Shown: positions 51,871 through 64,000 of the stretch, piece after piece
Numbering within the stretch: the stretch's first letter is position 1
Layout: each line of letters starts with the position of its first letter
Assembly: GCF_964204645.1 (NCBI RefSeq)
Contig: NC_134026.1
Span: forward strand, 15,720,150-15,784,149
Reading direction: 5' to 3'
Length of the DNA stretch: 64,000 nt
Source: Tubulanus polymorphus
Lineage: Eukaryota > Animalia > Nemertea
Position numbers and translations under genes: made by a program
The notes under the pieces: generated by a model
Database searches by the model: none
The model's input: the letters and a program-made list of their open reading frames with translations, nothing else
What the model was told of the DNA's origin: nothing

Positions 51871-52449
51871 CGGAATTCTGTTCTGACTCAAATTAGACTA
51901 ATAAGATATACGTAGATTCAAATACGATAGCCAAATTATGCTGTCATTGTAAAATTTTTTCGCTCACTTGTGCACTGTTCCCTAAATTAAAGCATGCTTG
52001 CTTGCAGGAGTTAAATCGCCTCCTGCCGAAGCTCACACCAACACAAACCCTGCTGCAGACCTTATTGCTGTATTACTCCGGTCTAAGATTTCCTGGGTGG
52101 ACATGTTGCCACTATAGCCTTTATCTAGTGAATCAGATGTTTAGTATTGATAGAGCGAACCTGCCAGCGAAAAACAACGCATCTGATGTGATTGGCTTAA
52201 TACATAGACAGGTAGCTTCTCAGCGGCAAACTGTCCACTAAAGAAATCTTGGGAAGTGTAATAATAGACTAATGAAGGGTCTGCGGCCAGGCTTTGTTTA
52301 GGCGTGAGCTTCAGCAGGAGGCAATAAAACCCGGGCAAGCCAGGATGTTCAAGACAATTCAAATTTAAATAAAAAATACCTTTATTGCTCCTTCATGACT
52401 TTAAACATTGTTGAACAATAAAAAATGAGATATAAATGATAAATATGAA

Positions 52450-54643
52450 ATATAGCTGCAAAGCAGCGATAACGGGTTTTCTGCACAGTCTTTGAATCCT
52501 GTTCAATGGTTAACACAGTTTTATAAGAGGAAGCTCGACAAACAGTCAATTAGACCTTCTTGAAACCATGGACAACTGGACTTAAGTGTCCCGGCAAAAA
52601 ATTTGGTTGAGCGAAAACAATTTTTTCGAACGAATGTTTGAATGAAAACAATTCTGTTCGATTGAACAAAATACTTAATACTTTTGGTTCGGAGAAAAAA
52701 CTTTTTACAATATACTTGTTCGAACGAAAAACTTAATGTTCTGACAAGAAAATTCTGTTCAAATTTAAACGATTCTGTTAGATCGGACGATTGTTCGAAC
52801 GAAAAAACCTTTTGTTTCAACAGAAAAGTTTGTTCAACTTTGTTCTAACGATTTTTTCAAATTGGTTCAATCGAACAGAATATTATTGCTTCGAACGAAA
52901 TAAATTTTGTTCCGTAGAAACAATTTACAAGCGAAAGGTCTTTTCAACGAGAAAAAAGATATTTCTGGGGCTCCGCAGTAACTCAAAGCCGGACGTAGGT
53001 TGGCCTTGTGACGCGATGCGATCCTCGCGTTGCATCGCAAGTTTCGGTGCAAATCAGTTGCGATACGATTGTCAGCGACTGTGTGCGACTAGTTTCTGCC
53101 AGTCGCAAGAGCACGTAGGTCGGTTGTGACAGTCGTGTCGCATTGCAGAAAGTAGAACACGTGCGACTCCTTGTCACTGGCGTTGCTGACAGTCACAACC
53201 TGTCGCAAGGGAGCGTAGGTCGATGAGTCGTTGCGACACAATCATCGCTGGCGGTCACAGTGAGTCACAAGCCATCGCAAGGCCGACCCACCCCCAGCTT
53301 AAGTCATAGGAATTAAAGAAATACCAGTTTCATTTATGACGAAAAGTCTGGCTTATAAAGCTGTCTGCTCAGACGAAATTTTCAAAAAAATCTTCATTTT
53401 TGTCAATAAAATTGATAATTGTGATTGATCGTTACAAGTCAGAACCAGTAAGTCACTAATTAACATGCACTTTAAAAAATCTGATTCCTCCTTAACAGTG
53501 AACTTAGCTTTAACCTAGTAAAGGCTACAAGCCTATGTAGGCCTATGTATATGCGTAGGCCTAACATCCGGACAGATTGGTCGTGGGCCTATTGAATAAC
53601 AACCCTCCTAAATGTCGAAAATTTTGTTTTGAAGTTCAATCCAATGAGTCCGTTAATAAACGCAACAATTATACTGTGTTTGTTTGAGACAGTAAAGCTC
53701 AATACCGGTAGGCCTAAAGCCACGTAAAACTCGATAAACACTTCAAGCGACAAAGCGAACGATCTCCTTTCCCCCACAGCGAACGCTTACTCCAAATTTC
53801 AAGTGTGACTCCAGCATACGGAAGGGAGTGTTATATACTTGTATTTAGTAAATAACTTGTGCATTTGACAATGATCGGTATGTACTGTAGGAAATTTAGA
53901 GTATTGATGGTATTGATATAGAGGTTGAAGCCCGCGGCCGAATAAAGAAATATATTATTTTATTTTGATACCTCGTCGACATAACAGCTTTTCTCCGCTA
54001 TATCTCTTCGGCGTGTTTACTTTAGGCCTACGACTCCCCGGTACACTCATGATTTATCTTAGTAAATACACGGTTAATTTGGTAAAGAAAAATAGGTATT
54101 GCTAAATTAACTGCTTAACGCCCGCAGCCAAATCACTGGTAGTAATAAATTAATTTGTACTCGATTTGATTCTCAGCCCCGGAACGACGATGTAGTGACA
54201 CACGTCGATTTGTCGATGTTTACGGCTCGACAGTGCTTTTAAAATCTAAAGTAGTAAATTTCCTGTGTATCAGTAATATAATTTGATGAGGAAAATGGGT
54301 TACTGTTAAAATTAGTTTTTAAAAACCGCGACAGAATGTGCAATCTTTCGGTAATAAATTTGTTAATTTATGCTTGAATTGATAATCGATGTGACAAGAA
54401 ACGTGCGGTAGATTTCGGAAAGACGACTTAGAAAAACATGTCGGCTCTTTGAATGGGGCTCAATTTTCGATGTTTACGGCCCGACAGTGCTTTTGTAATG
54501 TTGATTCTTCAAAATTTGCATGGAGTATTTGTAGATCGAACTGAGCTGAATGATATCAGACGGATTGTATCGGCAACAGCGGTAATGTAAAAAAGCCTAT
54601 GTACTTTTGACAAAAAATGTGTGGAAAAAAATAATAATAATAA
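52450..54643 (-). mobile_element. Family-2 Helentron-associated element with nested insertions
   Basis: ATATAGCTGCAAAGCAGCGATAACGGGTTTTCTGC end. 53380-54610 is the reverse complement of 56930-58245. (AAT)n at 54630. Confidence 0.7.
52986..53299. mobile_element. Harbinger-like GC-rich MITE
   Basis: Imperfect TIRs AGCCGGACGTAGGTTGGCCTTGTGA / TCGCAAGGCCGACCCACCCCCAGCT. Confidence 0.55.
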
Positions 54644-55362
54644 TTTGACATGATAATTAAACTTCTGATACCCTATTTAGAATTACAAAGTATTTCCTGT
54701 TCCTATCACTTGCGCAGTATCACAAATTAAGCCTGTGTTCTTCGACGGATTCAATATGGTGTCTCTATGGGCAACAATCCCCACCAAAAAGATGATGTTT
54801 TGTTTCACGTAGCAAAATAAGACAATTCCATGCCTCAAAGACCTTTTCGTACCACGGCTCATGCGCCCAAATGTCGGTAGATGTGCCACGAATGTTTAAA
54901 TTGTCATCCTGGTTACCCAGAAATAATTCTTTCAGCGTTATCATTTTAGCTGTTTCGCCCGCAGTTTCGGCGTTTCGACTACCAGTTTGTGCGATCTTCT
55001 TAAAATGACGGATATTTGGGAAACCCGGAAATAGTTTGCCTTTTAACTGCTGGGAGATCATTGTTTTCTATCGGCCACAGCAGGTCTCAGAGCGCACGCA
55101 TAGCGGAAGTAAACAAACACACGTGTCTGCTGTGGTGGATAGAAAACATGAGGTGGTGTCGATTTTCTATCCACCAGAGCAGGATCGTTCAATGTTGAGA
55201 TGGATAGGAATTTGATTTCCTTTCGATTATTTAACCGTCCAGAGCAGGAACTAATGCAGCCGGTTGGTTTTCGTTCCACAAACATATTCCAATTATTTCA
55301 AGATTATTTTTTGTGCGTATTAACAGGCAAAACTCATTTATTTTCTTTTGAAGGATTTTAAG

Positions 55363-56341
55363 CCGTCCGTTCGTTCGTCCATTGGTAGACGGAATCCAGT
55401 TATTTTGGAAAGTTTTAAAGACGCTTCAATGAAATGTCTTGATATTTGGGTTACACATGTATCTACCCTACACACATCTTCAGGCCAAAAACTGGCCCTG
55501 TCAGTATCAAGATGGCCGACTGGCAGCCATTGTTGTTCACCAAAATCAGCACTTTTTACACATTTTTGAAGTTTTAGAGGGAAATTATGAAGATGCTTTG
55601 ATCAATTACCTTGAACTTTGATATATATTTGATTCCCCTAAGGGCCAATCAGTATAATAAAAATAAGGTCGATCAAACTCAAGATGGCCGCCCTATGACC
55701 TTTTTTGTACCCAATTTTGGCCGAATTCTGAGTCTTGTAGCTTCCTACTGGTTTGCTATTTTTCATTGCAATTTGTAGTGGCTATTCTATGGAAATGGAT
55801 CTTTAATACCTGAGACAGGTATTTTTGATCAGCCAATTATCACGCGATTGGCGACCATCTTGGTGTACTCAGCACTCATTAGGTGGAAAAAAGTTTTTCC
55901 ACATTATATTGATACTAAGCATATTTTGTGACCACAATCAATTGAAAAGTTGTAGCTCATACCATGATCTATGATTGTGGTGAGTTTCAAGGTTGTTGGT
56001 GTTTGTACATGGCCACCAAGGGGCATTGAATTGTGTAATAACTTAGCATTTACTAATTATATTGGTACCTAGGCATATTTTGTTACCATGATCAATTGCA
56101 AAGTAGCTCATGACATGTTCTATGATTGAAGTGAGTTTCAAGGTCATTGGGTTTTGCATATGGTCACCAGGGGGCTTTGAATAGAAGAATAACTGTATTA
56201 TTTCCATATTATATTGGTATCTTGGCATATTCTATATTTTGTTATCACAATCAATAACAGAATTGTAGCTGCTGACATGTTCTATAGTTGTGGTCAGTTT
56301 CAAGGTCATTTGTCTTTGTATTTGGTCACCAGGGGGCGTTT
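55363..56341 (+). mobile_element. Truncated family-1 Helentron-associated element (opposite orientation to 58398-59635)
   Basis: (GTYC)n microsatellite, then the reverse complement of the core and ~3 repeat units. Confidence 0.8.
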
Positions 56342-56843
56342 ATTTCTGGGCATGACTTCATGGCGCAGATTTGTCTTTATCACAGCTTTATTACTATGTC
56401 TAACTAAACACAGTCTTTTTGGCTGGGATTGTCACCAATACTCTCCATATGATTGTGCGACAAAACTATGTTCAGCCACTGATCTACGCTAGTACATCCT
56501 CAGGCACCGATGCCAACCTTATGGCATCAAGACTCGCCACGGTACGAAACCCTGCCACATAAAACCGAATGCTGGCTTACATAATGGCATCATGAATCCA
56601 TTTATAGTTCTTCCGTGAAATCTACCTCAGCACTTATACAATGAGCAATCTGATTGGTGCCGCTAGTTTTCGTGCAGCAAAGCTGCGCATGTACCTGCGC
56701 ATCCGGTCTACTGTGGCAGGGGTTCGTGTTGTGGCTGAGTAAAGCGATGCCATCAGGTTCGAATCCCTGCCGAGGGAGGATGATGGTAGTAGGAATGCAG
56801 TAACAGCTCAGAAAACCCGTCATCGCTGCTTTGCAGCTATATT

Positions 56844-58345
56844 TAGGGTTTTCGGTTACTTCACAGAAAACTCTATTGAGATTCGCAAGTTTCTTATTAT
56901 TATTATTTTATGTCACTTTTTTCACTAAAAGAACATAGGCTTTGTTACCTTGCCACTGTTGCCGATACAATCCGTATGATATCCTTCAGCTCACTTCCAT
57001 CTACAAATACTCCTTGCGTATTTTGATAAATCAACGTAACAAAAGCACTGTCTGGCCGTAAACATCAAAAATTGTGTCCCATTCAATGAGGCGACATGTT
57101 TTTCTGAGTCATCATCCGAAATCCACAGGATGTTGCTCATCACTTCGATTATCAATTCAAGTGTAAACAAACATATTTATTGCCGCAAGACTTCACAGTC
57201 AGCCGCAGTTTTCAAACAGTAATTTCTAACTCATACCCATTTTCCTCATCAAATCATATTACCGATACACAGGAAATTTAGTGCTCTAGATTTTAAAAGC
57301 ACTGTCGAGCCGTAAACATCGACGAATCGAAGTGTGTCTCTTCATCGTCATTCCGGGGATCAGATGTGAATTTCTTCCTCATCATGACAATGAAATAAGG
57401 TACAAATAAATGTATTACTACCAGTGATATGGCCACGGGCTTCAAACAGTTAGTTTAACAATACCTAATTTTCTTTACCAAATTTACCATGCATTTACTA
57501 GGATAAATCATTAGAGTTCCGGTGAGTCGTAGGCCTAAACTAAACATGCTGAAGAGATGTAGCGGAGAAAAGCGGGCTTCAACCCAATCAATGCTCTATA
57601 TTTCCTACAGTACATACCGATCATTGTCAAATACACAAGGTATTTACTAAATACAAGTATAAAACATACTCTTATCCGTACGCTGGACTCATGCTTGATA
57701 TTCGGAGTAGGTGTTCGCCGCAGGGGAAAGGAGATCGTTCGCTGTGTCGCATGAAGTGTTTATCGAGTTGTACGCGACCTTTGGGCCTACCGGTACTAAG
57801 CTTTACTGTCTCAAACAAACGCAGTATAATTCCTGCGTTTATTAACGGACTCATTGCATTGAACTTCAAAACAAAATGGAAATAAAAATCCGGCAACATT
57901 GCTATGATTTACAAAAGATTTCTTTCTTCATAATCGGAAAATGAAATCGATTTTACGAATTGAATACGGTACCCCAGAGACCTATCCCTGTTGAATAAGG
58001 TGTAGGATTACGATGGTAAGGAAGGTTGAAATTCAATGGCCTAAGACCAATCTGTACGGATGCTAGGCCTACGCATATGCATAGGCCTACATAGGTAAGT
58101 AGCCTCTACTAGATTAAAGCTAAGTTCCCTGTTAAGGAGGAATCATATTATTTAGAAGGCATGTATTAGTTATTAACTGGTTCTGACTTCCAATGATCAA
58201 TGTATCAACGATATTTTATTGGCAAAAATGAAGATTTTCATTGAAATTGCATTTTGTCGACCTTCCTTTTATAAAACTGTGTTGACTATTGAAAATGATT
58301 TTAAGACTATGCAGAAAACCCATTATCGCTGCTTTGCAGCTATAT
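56844..58345 (+). mobile_element. Apparently complete family-2 Helentron-associated element
   Basis: 5' TAGGGTTTTC...GAAAACTCTA hairpin, (TTA)n, 3' GCAGAAAACCC and stem-loop GCTGCTTTGCAGC-TATAT. Confidence 0.7.
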
Positions 58346-58397
58346 CTATTATTATCCTATATATTTTTCACCTTTTCACACTGGATCTTACTGAAAA

Positions 58398-59635
58398 CTA
58401 GGGGTCCAGGGACGCCATGCCCACTTGGGAAGTGGTTTCAAATGCTCAACAATCTAACAATTTCAACATTCAACGCCCCCTGGTGACCATTTACAAAAAC
58501 CAATGACCTTGAAACTCACCACAATCATAGAACATGTCAGCAGCTACGATTTTGTAATTGATTGTGATAACAAAATATGCCTCGTTACCAATTCAATATG
58601 GAAATACTAAGTCATTCTACTATTCAACGCCACCTGGTGACCATATTCAAAACCCAATGACTCGAAACTCACCACACTCATAGAACATGTCATGAACTAC
58701 AACTTTGCAATTGATCATGGTAACAAAATATGCCTAGGTACCAATATAATAAGGAAATACTAAGTTATTCTACTATTCAACGCCCCCTGGTGACTATATA
58801 GAAAAACTTATGTCCTTCAAACTCGCAACAATCATAGATGATGTCATGAGCTACAACTTTCCAATTGATTGTGGTTACAAAATATGCATAGGTAAGAATA
58901 TAATAAAGAAATGCTAAGATATTGTATTATTCAACGCCCCCTGGTGGCCATATATGAAATCCAATTACCTTGAAACTCACCACAATCATAGAACACGTTA
59001 TGAGCTACAACTTTCTAATTGATTGTGGTACCAAAATACGCTTAGGTATCAATATAATGTGGAAAAACTTTTTCCCACTTACGAATGAGTACTGGTGACA
59101 CCAAGATGGCCGCCAATTGCGTCATAATTGGCTGATGGAAAATACCTGTCTCAGGTATAAAACATCCCTTTCCAAAGAATACCCATCACAAATTGTAATG
59201 AGAAATGGCAAACCAGTAGGAAGCTACAGGACTCAGAATTCGGGCCAAAATTAACATTTTTGGGCACTAAAAAGGTCATAGTACGGCCATCTTGAGTCCG
59301 ACCGACCCAATTTTTGATATGCTGATGGGCCCTGGAGGGATTCACATATAACCGAAAGATCAAGGTAATTGATCAAAGTGTCTTCAAAATTTCCCTCAAA
59401 AAGTTCAAAAACGTGTAAAAAGTGCTGATTTTGGCGAACAACAATGGCTGCCAGTCGGCCATCTTGATTCTGACAGGGCCAGTTTTTGGGCTGAAGATGT
59501 GTCTAGGGTAGATACATGTGTAACCCAAATATCAAGACGTTACCTTGAAGCGTAACGGACGGACGGATGAACGGACGGACGACGGACGAAAAGTGAACGC
59601 AATAGCCCGCTGGGACTAAAGTCCCAAGTGGGCTA
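58398..59635 (-). mobile_element. Complete family-1 Helentron-associated element (HINE/pearl-like)
   Basis: On the minus strand: 5' subTIR with inverted repeat, (GTCC)n, core, four ~154-bp repeats (starts 58469, 58623, 58776, 58930), 3' subTIR, small GTCC-CT-GGAC hairpin and CTAG-T end. Confidence 0.85.
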
Positions 59636-60486
59636 AAAACATAGTGCAGTTTGAGTAGATAATGTGATACAGGCATTACTGGTTATTTCTACAGAGAAAA
59701 TCGCTCACTCGCACTGTCAAGAAATAAAATCTGGGCTAGTGGTGAATCCGCATTAGAGACAATAATCTACCGATTCTTTCCCAGCAGTATAAACCAGTAG
59801 CGCAGTTCCTTATCAACTACTTTTGAATGTATCAGTGCACGAGCACCTGCGAGGATAGTGATGGGGATAACGATTCATTGCTGAATAAAACAGATAGAAA
59901 CGATTCACTGGCATGTAATTCATTGTGTCACTGCTGACAAAAATTCACAGCAAATCACTGCCAATGATAAGTCAAATTCACTGCCAATGTGCTACCTAGT
60001 AAAGACATGATACCAAAAGACTACGGATAGAGCCAAAAACATCAAACACCTGCTGAAGAACCAAAAAGCACCAACTAGGTATATCAATACTTCATATTAA
60101 TAATTAATATGAATTAATATTTTAATTCATTTATTAAATATGAACTGCTTCTCATCATAAGACTTAAAAAGCCTATTAAAATCTAAAGGCCCATCTACAC
60201 TACAAACTAATGCCTTATTATCTGTCTACACTATTGACAAAATACCGCATTAACGATACCGCCTTATCTAACGACGGTATCGCCACCCATGTTACGATAA
60301 ACCGCCTTATAATAATGCGGCATTAAGCGTAGTTTAGAGGCGATGCCGCATTAGAATAAGTCAGTAATTGTATATATCTTGTTTCAAGCCAAAGGTCGGG
60401 AGGTCGGGTGAGTAGAAAAACAAATTCAAGTCGGTGCAAGATGTCGCCCCGGTGTTTTACTAAATAAAGTAAATTTTGATTTGAAT

Positions 60487-61255
60487 TTACCAACATCCGG
60501 TTGGCCGTCCGGAATCTTCGTTTTGCTTTCTATTTTTATCAATAAAAGCTTTGTAACGACTATGTGCAGAGCCAAAACTTGATATGAGTTCAGTATTAAT
60601 TTCAACATTCCTTACACCATCAACACTTTTCACATAATCACAAATGAATTGCAAAGCACGGTATGACAGTTCAGATAAGTTATCTTCCTCAATTTGGCGG
60701 TTAACAGAAAAGCCTAGTTCAACAGCAGCTTGGCCATGACATAAGTTATAAGATAACATAAGTAAGTTATTCACTACCGGCTACAAATTACTAAAGTCAC
60801 CAGAACCCATCTCATAATACAGACAATCAAGTCTGTCCTTTTTCCAATCAAAATCCATTATATTGTGGTACTTTCATATCTACAAATTTTTCAAATTCAT
60901 TTCTCAAATCATTGCAATCTTTATCGGAAACAATTCTACAGTGATTTAGTGATGCAAGCATTATTTTGAATTTTGATTTACAAATGTCTGGATGGGTAGC
61001 TAGGTATACAGGGTCTAAACACTTCATATTTTGCACTACAGATCTCACTCGCATTCTTAAGTCCATTGCCATTCTTTCTGAAATCTTCTTCAAAGCAAGT
61101 AATTCTTTCAGTTTTTTCTCTGCAATGTGCCCTACATCTATAACAGTATGGATACGTTAATTGTTAGAGCTCTCAACATCAATTGCCAAAAGCATTGACA
61201 GATTATCAGAGTCTTTCATTAGATCACCTTAAATAAACCCTTTTCATTAAACTTC
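60487..61255 (-). pseudogene. hAT-like transposase C-terminal remnant
   Basis: HGQAAVELGFSVNRQ...NLSELS resembles the hAT dimerisation-region pattern (S/Q)A.VERGFS. Fragmented ORFs 60848-61093 and 60487-60774. Confidence 0.6.
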
Positions 61256-61264
61256 TTAATATAA

Positions 61265-61512
61265 CTAGGGGTCCAGGGACACCATGCCCACTTGGGAAGT
61301 GGTTTCAAATGCTCAACAATCTAACAATTCAATATTCATTGCCCCCTGGTGATCATATACAAAAACCAATGACCTTGAAACTCATCACAATCATAGAACA
61401 TGTCAGCAGCTATGATTTTGTAATTGATTGTGATCACAAAATATGCCTCGTTGCCAATTTAATATGGAAATACTAAGTTATTCTACAATCCAATGCCCCC
61501 TGGTGACCATAT
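61265..61512 (-). mobile_element. Terminal fragment of a family-1 element
   Basis: CTAGGGGTCCAGGGACACCATGCCCACTTGGGAAGTGG plus about one repeat unit. Confidence 0.8.
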
Positions 61513-62052
61513 TAAATAAATTGCCCATGGGCAGTGTGGTTTACCTTGAAAGCTAGAGCTAAAAACAAACTTTTCACCTTTGGGCTTTTTTACATGGAAA
61601 CAATATCGCAAAAAAATCATCTACGTTGTGCACGGGAAATTTGTCAGCGTAGATTTCAAGAATTATTCTAAAATTTTAACTTCGTCCAGAGCGTCATCTC
61701 TGTGTTAAAATTGAAACAGTACATTGAATATGTGCGCGCTTTTACGTCATCAGCTTTAATACAGTCACTATTAGAATGAATGGCAGCTTATTGGAACACT
61801 GCCAGTTTCTTGGAAACTTAAACTAGGCCACATGTCAAGGCATGTTTTCACACGATGCACACTAGAATTCAAACGTAGGTAGCTCATAGTCGGTCGGCCG
61901 TTTTTATCAAAAATAAAATTTATTTCAATGAATCCCAGAAAAAAGTTTTCACTCGGTACCTCTGAAGTCGGGTTGGTCGGGTTACGACAAACAGACGATT
62001 ATTTTGGGATGGCCTAAAATTCATATGATGTCACATATCAGAGGGTGGCTTA

Positions 62053-62677
62053 CCGTATTTTCCAGCCAATAAGCCGACTCGGCCAATAAGCCGAGGGCAG
62101 TTTTTTAGCCTAAAATACATGGATTTCATAAAGCTTGGCCCAATAAGCCGAGGCCCTTCATCAGAGATTTTAATTCACTGATTTGTCAATTAGTTCGTCT
62201 TAATTGACGATTTAAGAGGCTGACAGTAGCGCCCGCCGATGTGTAAGAGTGCTGTGTATACTATCATCGCCGAGTGACTGTGCTATATATAGACTCACTC
62301 AGCTGATTACTATACACACAGCCATACACGCAGTACGCGGCTCACTGCTGATTTGCATATATACTAATGTATGAACTGACACGTGGTAGTACGATGAACT
62401 CGCGCGTTATATAAATGTATACCATTGCCGCTGTGCGGTGATGGAACAATCAAAGTAAAAATAAAATCGTTCAAAATAGATTACAATTGGTAGTAAATAA
62501 TGACCTCAAATAAATATCGACCACTTTTCTTGATTTTGACGATCATTGAGAGCATTAGAGTGGCATAGATCAGGAAGTGATTTTTTATGTCAGATCGTAT
62601 CCGCCCAATAAGCCGATCACGATATTTTGGGTAAAAATCTGAGGCTAGAAAATCGGCTTATTGGCCGGAAAATACGG
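62053..62677. mobile_element. pogo/Tigger-type MITE with TA TSD
   Basis: TA-CCGTATTTTCCAGCCAATAAGCCGA...TCGGCTTATTGGCCGGAAAATACGG-TA. Internal part is related (inverted) to 43600-43900. Confidence 0.88.
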
Positions 62678-63514
62678 TAATATTGGGTCTTGGAAACCTC
62701 TTCCAATGTTGGCCACGGAAGCTAAAATACCGGTACAGAAGAAATCGGCTATTAGATCGTTTTAAATCCTGGAATTTACCACTGCAATATTCAGACCTCG
62801 ACAGACCTTATAGTTTGCTGCTTAGTATTTTCAGGTCACAAGAAATAACAATTTGATTACAAATTCTATCGAACAGGAAACACAGTGCTCATCTTCTGCT
62901 ACGATTATTCAGCCTATTTTCAAGTCAAACGTTCACGCGTTACAGCATCACCGGTAGTGTACTGAACGAGCTTGTGTGTGTGTGGTGTAGCACTCCGCGT
63001 GCATGTGGAGGCCTAGTGTAAGTGAATATCGCTTACACCTCAATGTCAATCAAAACAATCACCGGGTATTAAAATGAAACAATACCTATGGCAGATGAGT
63101 GAAATAATTACATCCTCACCAGCAATGAGCATTTGAAATCGGCACGTATACGGCACCTAGTACAATGAAACGTACGCCATTCTATAGCTTTCCCATAATT
63201 ATTTTAGTAGCGCCGGAATTCCCTGTATATCCCAAAAACAGCCTCCCATTCGCTCGTAGAGACGACGCCCCCCAATCGAGGTCATTACAATTTTATACGC
63301 TAGAGCTAAGAATTTTCCCGCCAAAAACAGTTTTTCGTAGAATTTTAACTCAGTTGACCATGTCATCAACGAAGGTTCGCCATGTCTTCAATAGCATCGA
63401 TTATACGTCGTTTAAGCTGAGAACCAATGAAACAAATGCTCACATAAAAAATCGTACCGTGATTTTACATGAATTGGCTCAATGCCAACATCATATCGCT
63501 GACAAAGGTAAACC

Positions 63515-64000
63515 AAAAACCCAATAACCTTGTAACTCAACACAATCATAGAACATGTCATGAACTACAACTTTGCAATTGATCATGGTAACAAAATATG
63601 CCTAGGTACCAATATAATAAGGAAATACTAAGTTAGTCTACCATTCAACGCCCCCTGGTGACCATATAGAATAACTTATTTCCTTAAAACTCACCACAAT
63701 CATAGACGATGTTATGAGCTACAACTTTGCAATTGATTGTGGTAACAAAATATGTATTGGTACAAATATAATATAGAAATACTAAGATATTGCATTATTC
63801 AACGCCCCCTGGTGGCCATACACAAAAACCAATGAACTTGAAACTCACCACAATCATAGAACACGTTATAAGCTGTCTTTTATACCTGTCTCAGGTATAA
63901 AACATCCCTTTCCAAAGAATACCCATCAGCAATTGCAATGAGAAATGGCAAACCAGTAGGAAGCTACAGAACTCAGAATTCGGGCCAACATTGACACTTT
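63515..64000 (-). mobile_element. Family-1 element fragment running off the window
   Basis: ~154-bp units and core matching 58650-59260. Confidence 0.8.

Noticed and set aside
56722-56780. Functional tRNA gene
   Set aside because: The anticodon arm is missing and no cloverleaf forms.

Overview
AT-rich eukaryotic (probably marine invertebrate) repeat-rich DNA. I found no recognisable intact host gene. The first 22.7 kb is a three-level nest. (1) A Gypsy LTR retrotransposon (1737-22681, minus strand, tRNA-Leu PBS, near-perfect 5-bp TSD) has lost its RNase H, integrase and most of its 3' LTR. (2) These are replaced by a decayed, extremely AT-rich endogenous Polinton-like/adintovirus-like block (1770-20949). 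It holds two diverged, inward-facing protein-primed-type PolB genes with C2H2 fingers (the longer one also has an endonuclease-VII-like motif), a probable capsid gene and several membrane-protein genes. (3) The capsid gene is interrupted by a young Penelope-like retroelement array (5879-14967, 12-bp TSD, one intact RT+GIY-YIG ORF, four minimal hammerhead ribozymes). The most unusual signals are in the viral block: both termini are fold-back hairpins starting AGTAATAGGG, and the structural-module genes start at a poxvirus-late-promoter-like TAAATG. Together with the resolvase-like motif, this suggests (inference) a hairpin-ended element that may depend on a large cytoplasmic DNA virus. The remaining ~41 kb contains Helentron-associated non-autonomous elements (one family with ~154-bp internal tandem repeats), MITEs (several with atypical 5-6 bp TSDs), BEL/Pao and hAT-like remnants, and a solo hammerhead. 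All calls were made by eye, without database searches.
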